A stretch of DNA of 64,000 bases from the NCBI GenBank assembly GCA_964016885.1, contig OZ024742.1, positions 263,624,001 to 263,688,000 on the forward strand, given 5' to 3'. The stretch comes from Eledone cirrhosa (Eukaryota). Every line of letters starts with the position of its first letter. Position 1 is the stretch's first letter. A program made the translations under genes and the position numbers. The notes under the pieces are model-generated. The model was given only the letters and a program-made list of their open reading frames with translations. It was not told the DNA's origin and made no database searches. Shown here in pieces: positions 12,345 to 26,248 of this stretch.

Positions 12345-12635
12345 GTTGGACGAGTGTTCCACTTATTTGATCAATGGAACAGCCTGTTCGTGAAATTAAC
12401 ATTCAAGTAACTGAAAATTCCACAAACACGTGTACCTTTAAGATAATTTTCAAGGAGATTCAGCATGATACATTGTGTGATAAGGCTGGCCTTTTGAATT
12501 ACAGGTACAATTAAATATATCCAGCTGATTAGACTGGAGCAACGTGAATTAAAGTGTCCCGCTCAAGGGTACAGTACGCTACCGGGAATTGAACTTACAA
12601 TCTTACCATCGAGAGCCGAACACTCTAACCACCAA
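12345..12635 (-). mobile_element. Second tRNA-SINE family (CORE-like body)
   Basis: Minus strand gtggttagagtgttcggctc..gttcaattcc..ccttgagcgggacactttaattcacgttgctccagtc. Further copies at about 14125-14375 (+) and 36410-36690 (+). Confidence 0.75.
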
Positions 12636-12869
12636 TCTACAAGCTTTCATTAGGTTAGAGTAGAAGACAATTATTCAAAGTGCCGCGCCGATGGATCGAA
12701 CGCGTTACACATGGTTACGAAACAAACTTCGTAACAACACAGATATGCTTTACTTATTCCTACATATACACTTTCTTAGTTTCTTTCATACATATATAGA
12801 ACCTTCGTCTAGTTATGAACGGTATGTAATCTATTTTTTCTGTCTCTTTCTTCCGCACCATATCTATAT

Positions 12870-12903
<34 letters not shown>

Positions 12904-13046
12904 GCACACACATATACACACACACAAACACATACACACAACACACTAATGCTAACACACACACACACAAATATTCGCATGCAACTATGCAACTAATGAA
13001 AAGCCTTCTAGTGTAGAATCTTTCCTCGTCTTCCTTCATATCTTAC

Positions 13047-13096
13047 CAAAAGCGGCGCCAGAACCTTTATCATCAATTCTAACCATCACAATCAGA
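13047..13096 (-). CDS. Candidate 50-nt internal exon (LIVMVRIDDKGSGAAF[G])
   Basis: tttcag acceptor and G|GTAAGA donor; one open frame; non-repetitive composition. Unsupported otherwise. Confidence 0.3.
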
Positions 13097-13152
13097 CTGA
13101 AATTCACTTATGGTCCCGAACTTTCTAGGTTAGAACATATATATATATATAC

Positions 13153-13236
<84 letters not shown>

Positions 13237-13292
13237 GAAAGGTCGAGTTAATAGAGTTAATATTAGACACGATTTACTGTGTTTATTACTGC

Positions 13293-13336
<44 letters not shown>

Positions 13337-13361
13337 TAAGTATGCACACACGCACAAACAA

Positions 13362-13395
<34 letters not shown>

Positions 13396-13718
13396 GTGTG
13401 CGTGTGTGTGTGTGTAAATAAATATATGTGTGTATGTCTTCGTTCCTTTCTTGTTCCCGGGTAATATTTATTTACAGCCCACCCCTTTCCCATATCACTA
13501 ATACCTCTTAAAAATACCCCCATCTTATACTTCACACAGATAACATTTCATTATTGGCACACAACCAACAGGGTTTCGCGGTAGTGGTGGTGGTGACAGT
13601 GGTGTTGGTGGTAGTGTATTGGGAGCCACCCGCTATATGTAGTTTTAATTAAAGAAGGTTACCAAAGTATAAATGGGGTGAGAGTGTAATGGAATATATG
13701 TGCGCGCGTATGTATGAG

Positions 13719-13759
<41 letters not shown>

Positions 13760-14124
13760 GAGATTAAGTGGTAGTGGAATAGGAAAGGGGTTTTATTATG
13801 CTTATTACGTTTTAAAGGTTATTTTTGGCAACATTTTAGGGAACGCATCACCGATAATAATAATGACAACAACAATGATAATAATAAAGGTGTTGTGAAT
13901 GTGGGTGAGGGGGCTGTGTTAGTACCGGGTCTGGTGTGCTAGTAAGCTATTTTTGTGTATATAGAGATATATTGGCAGTGATGCTAGTAGAAGAAATGCT
14001 ATGTTCTAGTATCAGCGGTCGTGGTGGTGCTATTCGTAATGGTAGACTTGTAAGGGAATTTGCTGGTAGTTGTTTTAGTATTAACAGTAGGGATCTTAGA
14101 AATGTTAGTGGTAGCATTAGTGAC

Positions 14125-14375
14125 GGCGGTGGATTAGTGGTTAAAGTGTTCGGCTCACATCATGAGTTTGGTTTCCGTTGGCGTGTTTTTTTCCTTGAGC
14201 AAAACACTTTACTTCACGTTGCTCCAGTCCACGCAGCTTGCAAATAGGAATTGCTTCTGTAATTTAAAGGACCAGCTTTGTCATGCTTTGTTACGTTGGG
14301 AGCTGCATTAAGGGTGCACGTGTCTGTTAAATGGTCAGACACTTGTACATTAATTCCAACAAGAGGCCGCTTTGA
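14125..14375 (+). mobile_element. tRNA-SINE, second family
   Basis: tagtggttaaagtgttcggctcac..ccttgagcaaaacactttacttcacgttgctccagtccac. Confidence 0.75.
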
Positions 14376-14974
14376 ATTTAAATTTGTCCTTATAGAAGTT
14401 ATTGTTTAAGCCCAGGTAAGCTATGATTGAGCAAATCTATGGTCAATAGTGTCTCCAGTCGTGACTATCTCACGTGTTTTCAATATTGGCAACTATATTG
14501 TTCAATATATTTATTTTAAAGACTACAGAGTATAATCTGAAATAGATTTGGCTGACATTTCTAGTGTTTCCTTGATAGTTCTTTTATGATGAAGTCGTAG
14601 TATAGGTGTTGTAGTGGTGGTGAAGGTGTGCCTCTGATTCTAGCCATGCTGATAGTTGCAGGTCAGACCAGAGGAAGAATACAAGAGGGTCGTTTGGCAA
14701 GGGCTGACGATTTTATGGTATGTGTGAGAGTTTGTGAGGGCGATGGATGATTCGAGAAAGCCTACTTCTTTCAAGTTCTAGGTCTTTTATTCTTTTCTGT
14801 TATTTATTAGAAATTTGAAGTGGGAGCTACATTTCATATCTGGCTTGGTCTTATTACCAGTCTCGGGGTCCTACGTTCTACAACTGACCTGAGCCTGTTA
14901 CCAGATTCGCACAACTCTGGTTAGCTGGAGGCAGTTAAATTATGTTGTTTAAACCCAACTAAGATCTTGTCCAC

Positions 14975-15112
<138 letters not shown>

Positions 15113-15326
15113 CAAAATATTAACAAATGAAGATATTCACATAATCAAAATATATGCTTTATTATATATATTTCGAAGGTACTGTGTTGTTTTTTCAGTA
15201 CGTCCTCGTCAGATAAAATATATGATTTGATATATGACATACCTCTACGGTCTTGATATTTCAATTCCAATATTATATATATATATAAACACATACATGC
15301 ACATACACACATACGTGTATATGTAT

Positions 15327-15815
15327 ATCTATATACATAATGGTAATTTCTGTCTGTTTGTGGATTTGTTTGTGGACTCAAAAACTACCAAACCAATCTT
15401 GATAAAACTTGACACGTGTGTGGGGCTCACCCATTTGAATCCTTACGTATATTTCATTTTAATCAAAGGGTTCCCCGGGGGTTAAAACCCCCGCTGAAAG
15501 GTTTTTTCCCTTCGACTTATATGAAATTTAAACCATAGATAAATGACAAGATATGATGCCTATTCACAAAAGTTTTGAATTGATATTTTGAAAAAAATTA
15601 TTTACAAGAAACAAAATAAGAATAAGATTTAATGTAATTTTGATTTGATATATTACAAAAAATAATGCTTTCCAGTTTTTCATGCATTACATTTTACATT
15701 GAGTAATATTGAAATGCAGAGATTTTCTCCATAAATTATATCATTGATTTAAAATAAATCATCATTTTCTTACAAAAAAAAATGTGTGAAACGCAGCAAG
15801 GCGCGGCGGGTAATT
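15327..15815 (+). mobile_element. Non-autonomous Helitron-like element
   Basis: 5' TCTATATACATAA followed by a (TGTT/TGTC)-rich head; 3' GC-rich imperfect hairpin cgcagcaaggcgcggcggg; terminal CTAG not intact. Confidence 0.5.
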
Positions 15816-16268
15816 TATATATACACACATATATGGATATACACACACATATGTTTATATATATATGTGTGTGTGGGTGTGTACTTGTGTGTGCATGCGT
15901 GTGCATGTGTGTGCGTGTGTGTTCGTGCATGTATGAATAATTGTATAACGATGTGCAAACATCAATTTTTGTGTAGAAAACGCATTATCCTGTCAAGTAA
16001 CCCATGATGATAGAAACGCTCCTCTCTACAGTTACACCATACCCAACCACACCCCACTAAATTAACATGTTAAATGATTCACTGCAATGGTACATATTTT
16101 ATTAAATATTTTGAATGAGTCACGGAGACACATAAAACAAACAGATATCAGCGCTTAGACAAGTAAAGAAAAAAAAAAGAAAAGGCATGCAAGCACTTAC
16201 ACACACATGATATATGTTTGTTTATTGTATGAATATATACATAATATATATATATGAATATATATATA

Positions 16269-16318
<50 letters not shown>

Positions 16319-16779
16319 AAAGAAATCGAAAATACAACAGGAGTCTTTTCAAGAATATTTATTTGTTTCCTTTACCGGTTTCACGGTTCTTATGCTTTTC
16401 AAAAGTAGAATTGAGATGGAGGGTTTGTAGTGTTTCTCGCATCAGATGCGAGTAAACCCACTTTGGGAGGGTCATACTGCCAATAAAAACACACCCGCCT
16501 GTTGGTTTTCACTCCTGCATTATTGGTTCCTCAATCTCGAAAGCCATACAAGAATTCTCGGACGTGAAACAAGCTTACCTGGCAGGTCATAGATTCGCAT
16601 CCTATGCTATTCCTCCTGATGAACTGTTTCGTCCTCACCAAACTCCGCTTTTCGTTGCACAGTGCGACCCTGTTGTCTTCCGACGCAAGACAGTGAACTC
16701 GATGCCACCATTAGTTTTTGTAGTAAACTTACCTGCAGCAGGTGAAAATCCTCGGGAGGTAGAGGGCTTGATGGTCTCG

Positions 16780-17560
16780 ACCTCCCCTCAACATCTGACC
16801 TGACACAGTCGATCTACCTTATATATATCATCTCTATCGTGCCCGCAACCATGAAGTTCTTCGCAATACCTTGGAACTTGATGTGGACCAACACCTCCAG
16901 TAGGTGATTGCCGTCTGTGTCACTGTCCCTCATTATGCAAATTTCCAACAAACTGTAACATCAAATGCAGTTAGATTTGTACGAGGAGAAAGTATTTCCT
17001 TGATTAACACCGCCTCACCCGCCTCTGATCTGCTTCGCTGCCGAACAGTAGTTAAATTCAGTGCCTTCTTCATTAACTCGTACTCTTCTTGATGGTGAGT
17101 ACATTCGGCACATTGACCTCCATGTGTGTAAGCCACACAAATGCGCCGCGTGGAACCACTGTCGACGACTTTTGTGGCCGCTCTCCCATCACAACTGGAG
17201 CCTGTCAACCTCGACCGCGGTGACGGTAAGCTCCCAGACGAAATAACATTTTTTCCTGTTTGATGGGGATAAATCCTTCATCTCTGTCGTCACATGTTGC
17301 GACACTTTCTCCGGTGTCCAACTCATCGTATAGATCATAGACGAAGGTGCTGCGACTCATAGCGCAGATTTGCGGAGAGCACCAAATACCAGGCATCGGC
17401 TGACCATTTCCTTTTTATACCATTCCCCAGATTGCCATTTTTCTCTGCAAAATCGTGAGGAGGGCATCACGCCTGAGGAATGAGCCCCACGAAATGGAAT
17501 GGGTGAGGCAGCGGGTATCACTGGCTGTTTTCCGTGGCAATGCTTTCGCCCACTTGTCCG
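16780..17560 (-). mobile_element. Highly degenerate piggyBac-like transposase remnant
   Basis: Ordered fragments LLTILQRKMAIWGMV, VEVDRLQL..KSRRQW, RSEAGEAVLIK and DGNHLLEV..HGC resemble PGBD motifs (LL..L...G...GTVR; GGVDR.DQ..KSRRW; FR..VA.ALI; DG..H..). Many stops and frameshifts. Confidence 0.4.
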
Positions 17561-17700
17561 AAGGGCGCAACTGTGATATATCGTCTTTTTTCTTTCACAT
17601 TTTTCTCTTTCTTATTGCTACTTTTGTGAAGTGTACTTTTGTTAATAAATTTCAGTACCCTTTAAATTCAGATTAACACCTTTTATTACTTTACTATATA

Positions 17701-18156
17701 CTAGCAAGAATGGCCCGGGGCTTCTAGGGATTTTAAACATAGATTGTCATGTTTATCCCTCCTTTCTGAAACAGTACAGAGAAGTACGGAATACCTCAGC
17801 CTTGCGACCGTCGAATAGCAGATTCCACTGACGATTCGTTTGCTCGCCTTGTTCTTTTTCTTGCCACTTTCGCAGTATTTCGGCCAATGGAGCATCTCTT
17901 CCTTCGAGGCATGACCTAAAAGCAGGACGAAGTACACTAAGACTAACTGGTAGAGTAAGGAGTAAACTCGTCAGTGATGCTTGTGATTTCTGAACCGCTG
18001 ACTATGTAATTGCTGGCCTTGTGCCAAAAGAAGTGGGACTTTTTGGGTGGCATATCGGCAGTAACAATGACGATAAGCCGTCTGTGCTTTCGGGAAATAA
18101 ATACGTTTGTTTAGATTTTGATTTTGTGTATGCAAAAATATCTGTACACGAATATA

Positions 18157-18228
<72 letters not shown>

Positions 18229-18495
18229 TAACAGATTACAGTTTAAGCAAAGAATTGCTGCTTTCACCCTTAACGGGATCTGCTGAAACTAAAAAAAATC
18301 AATCTGTGAACGCAGAAGTAAATATTTCGAAAAACGTTGCAACGGAAGGAAAACAGGAAGACGATACTTTGGTTCGTGAAGACATTTTCATAATGTCATA
18401 ATGCTCACAGCCAGACATACAGACAGATATTATAAGGGCGCGACGTTATATCTATGTATCTATCTAAAAAGACAGACTAAGAAAGAGAGAGATCG
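17701..18495 (-). mobile_element. Helitron fragment
   Basis: Minus-strand 3' end ccctagaagccccgggccattcttgCTAG|T. Segments 18044-18380 and 18410-18490 are closely similar to 26826-27110 and 27415-27495 inside the helicase-bearing Helitron. Confidence 0.65.
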
Positions 18496-18742
18496 CTAAC
18501 CGGCGCCTAATGCGGCCCCCAGGCCATTGAAAATTTGAAATATCTTTTGCTCAAAACACTCACACAGCTATAAGTATTACATGCCCCCACGACCCTCTCC
18601 GGAATAAGTGGGTGAAGAAGAAGAAGAAGAAGAAGAAGAAGAAGAAGAAGAAGAAGAAGAAGAAGATATATATATATTCATATATATATTTATGTGTGTG
18701 TGTGTGTGTTGTGTATGCATATAAGAAAAACAAATTCCTTAC

Positions 18743-18799
18743 CTGGGCAGACGCTCTTCGTGGGATTACGTCTTCGTCATAACCTGGGACCGCCGTCTG
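18743..18799 (-). CDS. Candidate 57-nt phase-0 micro-exon (QTAVPGYDEDVIPRRASAQ) of an unidentified host gene
   Basis: Polypyrimidine tract plus ttctttcag acceptor (NAGNAG), CAG|GTAAGG donor, length a multiple of 3, and only frame 0 is open. Confidence 0.5.
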
Positions 18800-19172
18800 C
18801 TGAAAGAAGCAACGAATGAAAATTAGGAAATCATTATTCATGAATGTGTTGATATATCTCTTGGCTCATAAATATAAAAAAATACGATGTTCTCAGCTGC
18901 CAGAGCAGGACTAAAAAGGTTATAGCCCCCCCCCCCCCCAAAAAAAAACAATAACAACAACAAAAACAAACAAAAATGAGTCCTCTCGAATTAGCCATAT
19001 AGTCGTTAACTAAACAAGAAATAACAACAAAATGTTCCTCAAATCCCATTCCGGCACCATTATAATGTACTAGACCACCCGTGACCCGTTGGCTCACGTT
19101 CACTTGAAAATAATTTTAAAATAATAAAATAAAAAAGCAGACATGTATACAATATAAAATGAAATTGGAAGG

Positions 19173-19240
<68 letters not shown>

Positions 19241-19243
<3 letters not shown>

Positions 19244-19590
19244 GATATTGACAAATGGAAACTATATTTATAAAACCATATTTATTTCATTATACATATT
19301 TCAAGGACACTGTTGGAAGCTCCCGGATAGCTTCCAACAGTAATTGTTGCATTCTTTAAGGGTATGTCAATATATATTTATAAAACTGCTCTATATTATA
19401 TTTTATCTGATGAAAGCACACCATAATTTAACTTGGTGTCCTTGAAATATGTATAATGAAATAAATATGGTTTTATAAATATAGTTTCCATTTGTCAATA
19501 TCGTATTTTTACTCCAATTATTTGTTGAGTGCTTTATATCAGTTATAAAAATATTTGCTTGTTGTATCCCAACAATTTAAATAGAACTTT

Positions 19591-19593
<3 letters not shown>
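19241..19593 (+). mobile_element. (TA)n-flanked Penelope-like pLTR fragment with 70-bp 5' inversion and hammerhead motif
   Basis: 19241-19310 is a perfect inverted copy of 19436-19505. A related copy lies at 23062-23345 on the opposite strand. Confidence 0.7.
19401..19461 (+). ncRNA. Minimal type-I hammerhead ribozyme motif
   Basis: ttttat CTGATGA aagcacacca..tggtgtcctt GAAA tatgta TA atgaaa. Confidence 0.6.
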
Positions 19594-19629
<36 letters not shown>

Positions 19630-19690
19630 GTGTGTATGTGTATGTGTGTGTGTGTACATAGATATATGTTTGTATATATATATGAATATA

Positions 19691-19784
<94 letters not shown>

Positions 19785-19865
19785 CTGTCCTAACACAAAC
19801 TAGATATAGTAATGTTGTATTCGATTCTTTGAAGATACTTGTTATAATTTCATTCAACAACACCA

Positions 19866-19931
<66 letters not shown>

Positions 19932-20029
19932 TCTCTCTTCCACTCTTCCATTTTCCTTCTCTGTCTCATTCTCTCTCCATGTCTCTCTTTCAATCTAATC
20001 GTTCTTTTTATCTTTATTTCGCTCTCTAT

Positions 20030-20198
20030 TTATGAAGGTACCCAGAAAAACTCCATATCTTGAGAATCCGTGGTCCGATTTACGCGAAATTTGTTTTATT
20101 CCATTTGTATCCCATTTCAGGGGAAACTTCCTTTCAAAGTATTTTCCCATTAAACTACAGACAAGCACATAATCACAGAGTTTTAGTAATATATAGAT
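20030..20198 (-). mobile_element. Helitron-like 5' end fragment
   Basis: Minus strand begins TCTATATATTACTAAAAC followed by a tgtctg head. Confidence 0.4.
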
Positions 20199-21984
20199 AG
20201 ACACATTGGAGAATAGAGTCTTATATGATGGGGATGGTCTTGACAGGAACGTCTTTAATCATAGGTCTGCTCGATCAAGGCTGAGCTGGGACTGAACATT
20301 GACAACAACTGCAACAACAGTATCAGATACTGAGCTTATTTCTAAAGTATATATTATTATATATATGTTAATATCGTTGTAAAAATATTATAAAATAGCA
20401 ACATATTCTCTAATCATTAGTACTAAATAGATATTTGACATCAAACAGTTTTCTGCACTAAATCTCGGATTGCGATATACACTATAGCCACAAATGTGAA
20501 AGGTTTATGATTGGAACATAAAATCATGAGCTGCTCACACAGCTTTCGATATATTTGATGTTATATAGCGTTTAAATTAAAGGAAAAGAATACCTACTAA
20601 TAATTTGTCTTTATGAATTGTTATTTATGTTTAGTGGCACGTTGAATAGGAAGATCAACATTTCAGTTTTTGCTTGCTGAAAGAACTTATTGAGATATAT
20701 GGGAGATCATGCATCTCAATCCAAATTATAGAACATTTTTGAGTCCGCTTCCTCGTGTACAGAAATTTAAAAGGTTGTTCTCGGAACATAAAATCCCATA
20801 ACATGGGAATACATATTTTTTTTTTTTTTCTGATGTCCAATATTATGTCCATTATCGATAATGTCAAATTACATCGGTTATCGAGATCGGCAAGTGAAGT
20901 GGGCCTCCGCAATTCTGAGCATAGACATATTAGACTTCTTAAAATAATCACGTGTTACATATGTATCATCTGCAGTCAATCTACATTTTCAGGTTGGCGA
21001 GGTGAACAATGAAAAGGATCTAAAATCTCAATCAAACTGTTGCTAAGCTTGCTTCCTGCTGTAAACATGAAACTTTACACGAATAAAAATGTTAAACAAC
21101 TTTTTGTTCATGTAATAAAATGTACAGATATTCATTATACTAGAAAATAAAACTTCCCCTTCGATAGTTTAATAACAGAGTTTTGGGTCTGAAAAATCCC
21201 GCAAACTTTCTGGAATTAAATGTCATTTATAAAAAGGGTTCTTTTAACAACAGGACTTTTGGTAATCATAACATATCGCTCGTATAGTTACATGTATTTT
21301 GTAGTAAGAAAATAAATAAATCCAGGCTCATTGCTTAAGCATTGGGGGTTGACTCGAGTCTTCACAAATATTTGCATTCCTTCTACATATTCTTGTCACA
21401 ATACGGAAGGGATGATTAAAAAAGCGCGCGCGCACGCACGCGCACACACACATATATGTGTATGGAGTGCGTCAGATCTGAGAGACACCCATACTGTGTT
21501 ACTGTGTGCTTAATGAGTTTTTAATTAATACCAGGTGTGTGCCATTCTGTGCCTGTCTATCTATGTATATATAACACACATACACACATAACATATACAC
21601 ACATACATACATATGCATACATATACATATGGTCTATATAGCCACCACATATGTTTGTGTTTACTAATGAAATGCCACACCTTTGCTCTATATATCTCTT
21701 AGTAAATTACACATCTTCTACATCTCATACTGTACCCTGCTTAGACCTACATCTCCTTTCCAGGTCTTCTCTATCCCTGATCACACCCCACCACGGTATT
21801 TTAACTTCTCTCTCCCAGAAAATCTTACTAAAAACTTTCAAAAAATGAAATAATAAAGTATTCCATTTGAAGTGTTGCTAAATTAAATTTTTCTGTCAGA
21901 ACAATCTTCTTATAGTCAGACGCATCATAACTAGATCACTGCCATCTCCGAAAAAGTTTAAATTAATTTCATATTTGAGTGGTG

Positions 21985-22772
<788 letters not shown>

Positions 22773-22998
22773 TATATATATATATGAGAAACTATATTTA
22801 TATCTATATTTTTACCTGTTGGTCAATCAATAATAAATTGATTGCCAGCTGAATCAATTATAGAAATATAAAATATACTGAAACGAAATACAACCCAAAA
22901 CAAACAGTGAGTGCGTTTTACTATATATTTCTGGCAATGTTATAATAACATGGCCCTCCCCAAATATAACAATATATATCGGTAGAAAATATCAATTT

Positions 22999-23064
<66 letters not shown>

Positions 23065-23194
23065 AAAGTTCTATTTAAAATTGTTGGTATACAACAAGTA
23101 AATATTTTTATAACTGATATAAAGCACTCGACAAGTATTTGGAGTAGATATACGATATTAATAAATGGAAACTATATTTATAAAACCATATTTA

Positions 23195-23256
23195 TTTCAT
23201 TATACATATTTCAGGGATACCAAATTAAATTATGGTATGCCTTCATCAGACAAAAT
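23195..23256 (-). ncRNA. Minimal type-I hammerhead motif (paralog of 19401-19461)
   Basis: Reverse complement: ttttgt CTGATGA aggcatacca..tggtatccct GAAA tatgta TA atgaaa. Stem II differs from the paralog but remains paired. Confidence 0.6.
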
Positions 23257-24959
23257 ACAATATATAACAGTTTTACAAATAAGCTTTGACGTACCCTATT
23301 AAAATACAACCATTGTTTTTGGAAGTCATCCGGATAGTGAATTGTTTATATAACTTTAATAAGTCATAGTGTTAAGGACAATTAGAAAAAGACGGAGGGA
23401 AAGAAAAAGACGGAGAGAAAGAAAAAACGTGGAGAAATATCGGAGAGAGAGAGAGAGATGCATGGAGAAAAAAAGAAAGAGATAGGTAAAGACAGGAGGA
23501 AAGGAAGAAAGAAGAAAAAAGGAAGAAATAAATAAGAAAAACAGAGGAAAGCAACAGAGAGATATTAAGTCAACAGACAGATAGAAAAACTCAAGAGAGA
23601 GAAATGTTATATATAGAGAGAGGGAGATTATGAAAACTTTACGTCATGTCATGTTAAGTTGAGTTAACAATTCATATGAAATGAATAATAAAAATATAAA
23701 TATTAATATTCATGAATGGGACATAGATATATAATATGAGAAATTAAACATTGTTTAATAATGACTATATGTTTAGTTTAAACCTTGAGATCAATATACC
23801 AAAATTTGGGTTTAATCTCCAAAATGTACACATTTCTAGAGAAAGTCATTATCTCAGGCAAAGACACACAAATATATATATACACGCACGTCCTGAAAAT
23901 AGAAATCATATTTACTCAAGTCAACAATATAGACATATAAAGCGCAGACGATTTCTCTTAATCACTGCTATACATTCGTTGTGTTATAAAAAGTTTACAG
24001 TATATATACACATAAATATATACGATTAACATTCATGACTTCGTATATACGATTACCATTCATGCATTTAACATTTCTGCAATCCAAACTGCGTGGTTAT
24101 GCAACATAACTTTTACCCACACATATACATACACACACATATATACATATACACCTATATATGTATAAATAAATATCTGCGTGCGTCATCAGGCATCGCT
24201 CATGTATACATACATACATATATACAATCATAAAAAACCTATAACACTTTTATATGCATGTTAATACACACATATACTTTTGTATAGAGATAATCAAATA
24301 TCAATATATTACTAAGGATTATACTTTGGAAATATAATTATACCAATATAAATTTAAAATACCAAAGGATTATATTTTGGAAATACAACTATATCAATAT
24401 AGTCAAAAGGACAAAACAAATTCTAGAAATGTCAAAGCATTAAATATCTTTAAAACACTATAGAGTATCTTAAGTTAAAATAATATGTTTCATATATTTA
24501 GTATAGAAAATTATCCTACTTATATTTCAATCAAGATATTGAAAGGGTAGACTTATGAGAATTATGAGAAGCTATCAGAATCAAAGCAAACTTAATAAAA
24601 ATAAATAAAAATAAAATTAAATAAAAGTTAAATAAATATTATATCAATATAATTTAAAAATTTAAAAATTTAAAGATCTAAAAATTTCAAAAAATTTCAA
24701 AAAGAATTAAAAAAATTTTCAAAATTCAAAAATTTAAAAGATTTAAAAAACCAAGGATTCTACAGATATCCTTATATTTAGTATAGAAATTTATCCTACG
24801 TATATTTTATTTAAGATATTGTAAGTGTAGACATTTTAAAGTAGTTTATTATATCTATGTTTATATTTAGGAAGAAAGTTTAAAAAGAAAAAGGTGAAGG
24901 AATCTAATGATTTATCGACAGGTTTTATATATTAACTAAATTACTTAATTAATTATACT

Positions 24960-25170
24960 ACATTTTAAATTTATATTTATATTTAAACGTTGAGTTCAAT
25001 CTATGTCTGCAGCAACTGAATAAATTGTTCCTTAAATTAAGGAAATTTTTGGACTTTAATATAAAGAATATTTCTTCAATACAAAGATCACAATTTTCTG
25101 AAGAGGAATTAAAAGGAGTAGCCATTTGAAATAATATTCCAAGTCATCGAATATTTAACATTATCTCGTT
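24960..25170 (-). mobile_element. Penelope-like element ORF C-terminus (GIY-YIG tail)
   Basis: Reverse-complement translation (one frameshift): YSMTWNIIS..NCDLCIEEIFFILKSKNFLNLRNNLFSCCRHRL, matching the W.I....C.LC..E..I...LN.R.....CRH tail. Confidence 0.65.
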
Positions 25171-25230
25171 TTAGATCCCATAGTAAGCTAGATAGCGAAG
25201 TTGAAGATTTTTTGTTTGGATCTGTGAAAG

Positions 25231-25588
25231 AAAAACATTTAGAAGACCATACGCTATCAGTTTTAAAGTAGTGACTATGTCGCTTACTTCTCGGCGAAAG
25301 AAGGGAGAGAAGCTGACAGTCTGTTTCAGAGCACCAATCCTAATACCTAATTTTTGCTGGACCGGCAATTGCTCTGTATAATCACCCCCTGATTATTACT
25401 GGAATTCTATAAGAATCCAGTTTCTATAATTTCCAGCGAAAGCAGGGGAGTACGTGGCTCTGATGAACGCCGACCAGCGTGAAACAGACTGTCAGCTTCT
25501 CTGCCTTCTTTCGCCGAGAGGAAGTAAGTGACATAGTCACTACTTTAAACTATAAAACTGATAGCGTATGGTCTTCTAAATGTTTTTA
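25231..25588 (+). mobile_element. Penelope-like pLTR with inverted segment
   Basis: 25231-25328 is an inverted copy of 25480-25588, and the segment contains a hammerhead motif. Confidence 0.7.
25456..25497 (+). ncRNA. Minimal type-I hammerhead ribozyme with canonical core
   Basis: ggct CTGATGA acgc-cgacca-gcgt GAAA cag-a-ctg TC agct. All core nucleotides and three stems are present, with a GUC cleavage site. Confidence 0.8.
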
Positions 25589-25673
25589 ATTAAACATACG
25601 GTATATTGCCAAATATACTATACATACATTCATGTATACATCGCTTTTTCAGAACACCAATTCTAATACATAT

Positions 25674-25724
<51 letters not shown>

Positions 25725-25944
25725 CAATCTAAATTGAGCTTTTCTACCGAGAAATACAAGCATCATACATAATATATATGTTAAGTACCGATCTAGTGCT
25801 GATGCAGTCTTCTCTAGTTGTCCTAGATTGTTCCGCTGTATTAAGGGTGTATCAAGAGGATGTCAGTGTTGGGTCGCGACTGCATGTGTACCTAAAACCT
25901 TTAGAGAAAACATCTTACATACTATCGAGTTACACTTGACTGCG

Positions 25945-26155
<211 letters not shown>

Positions 26156-26248
26156 GCATATGATATATATAGTAATGATAAATACAAAGATCAAAATCCC
26201 CAAAGGACTAGATAAGTATATATAAACCCATAAAGCAAATATGTATTA

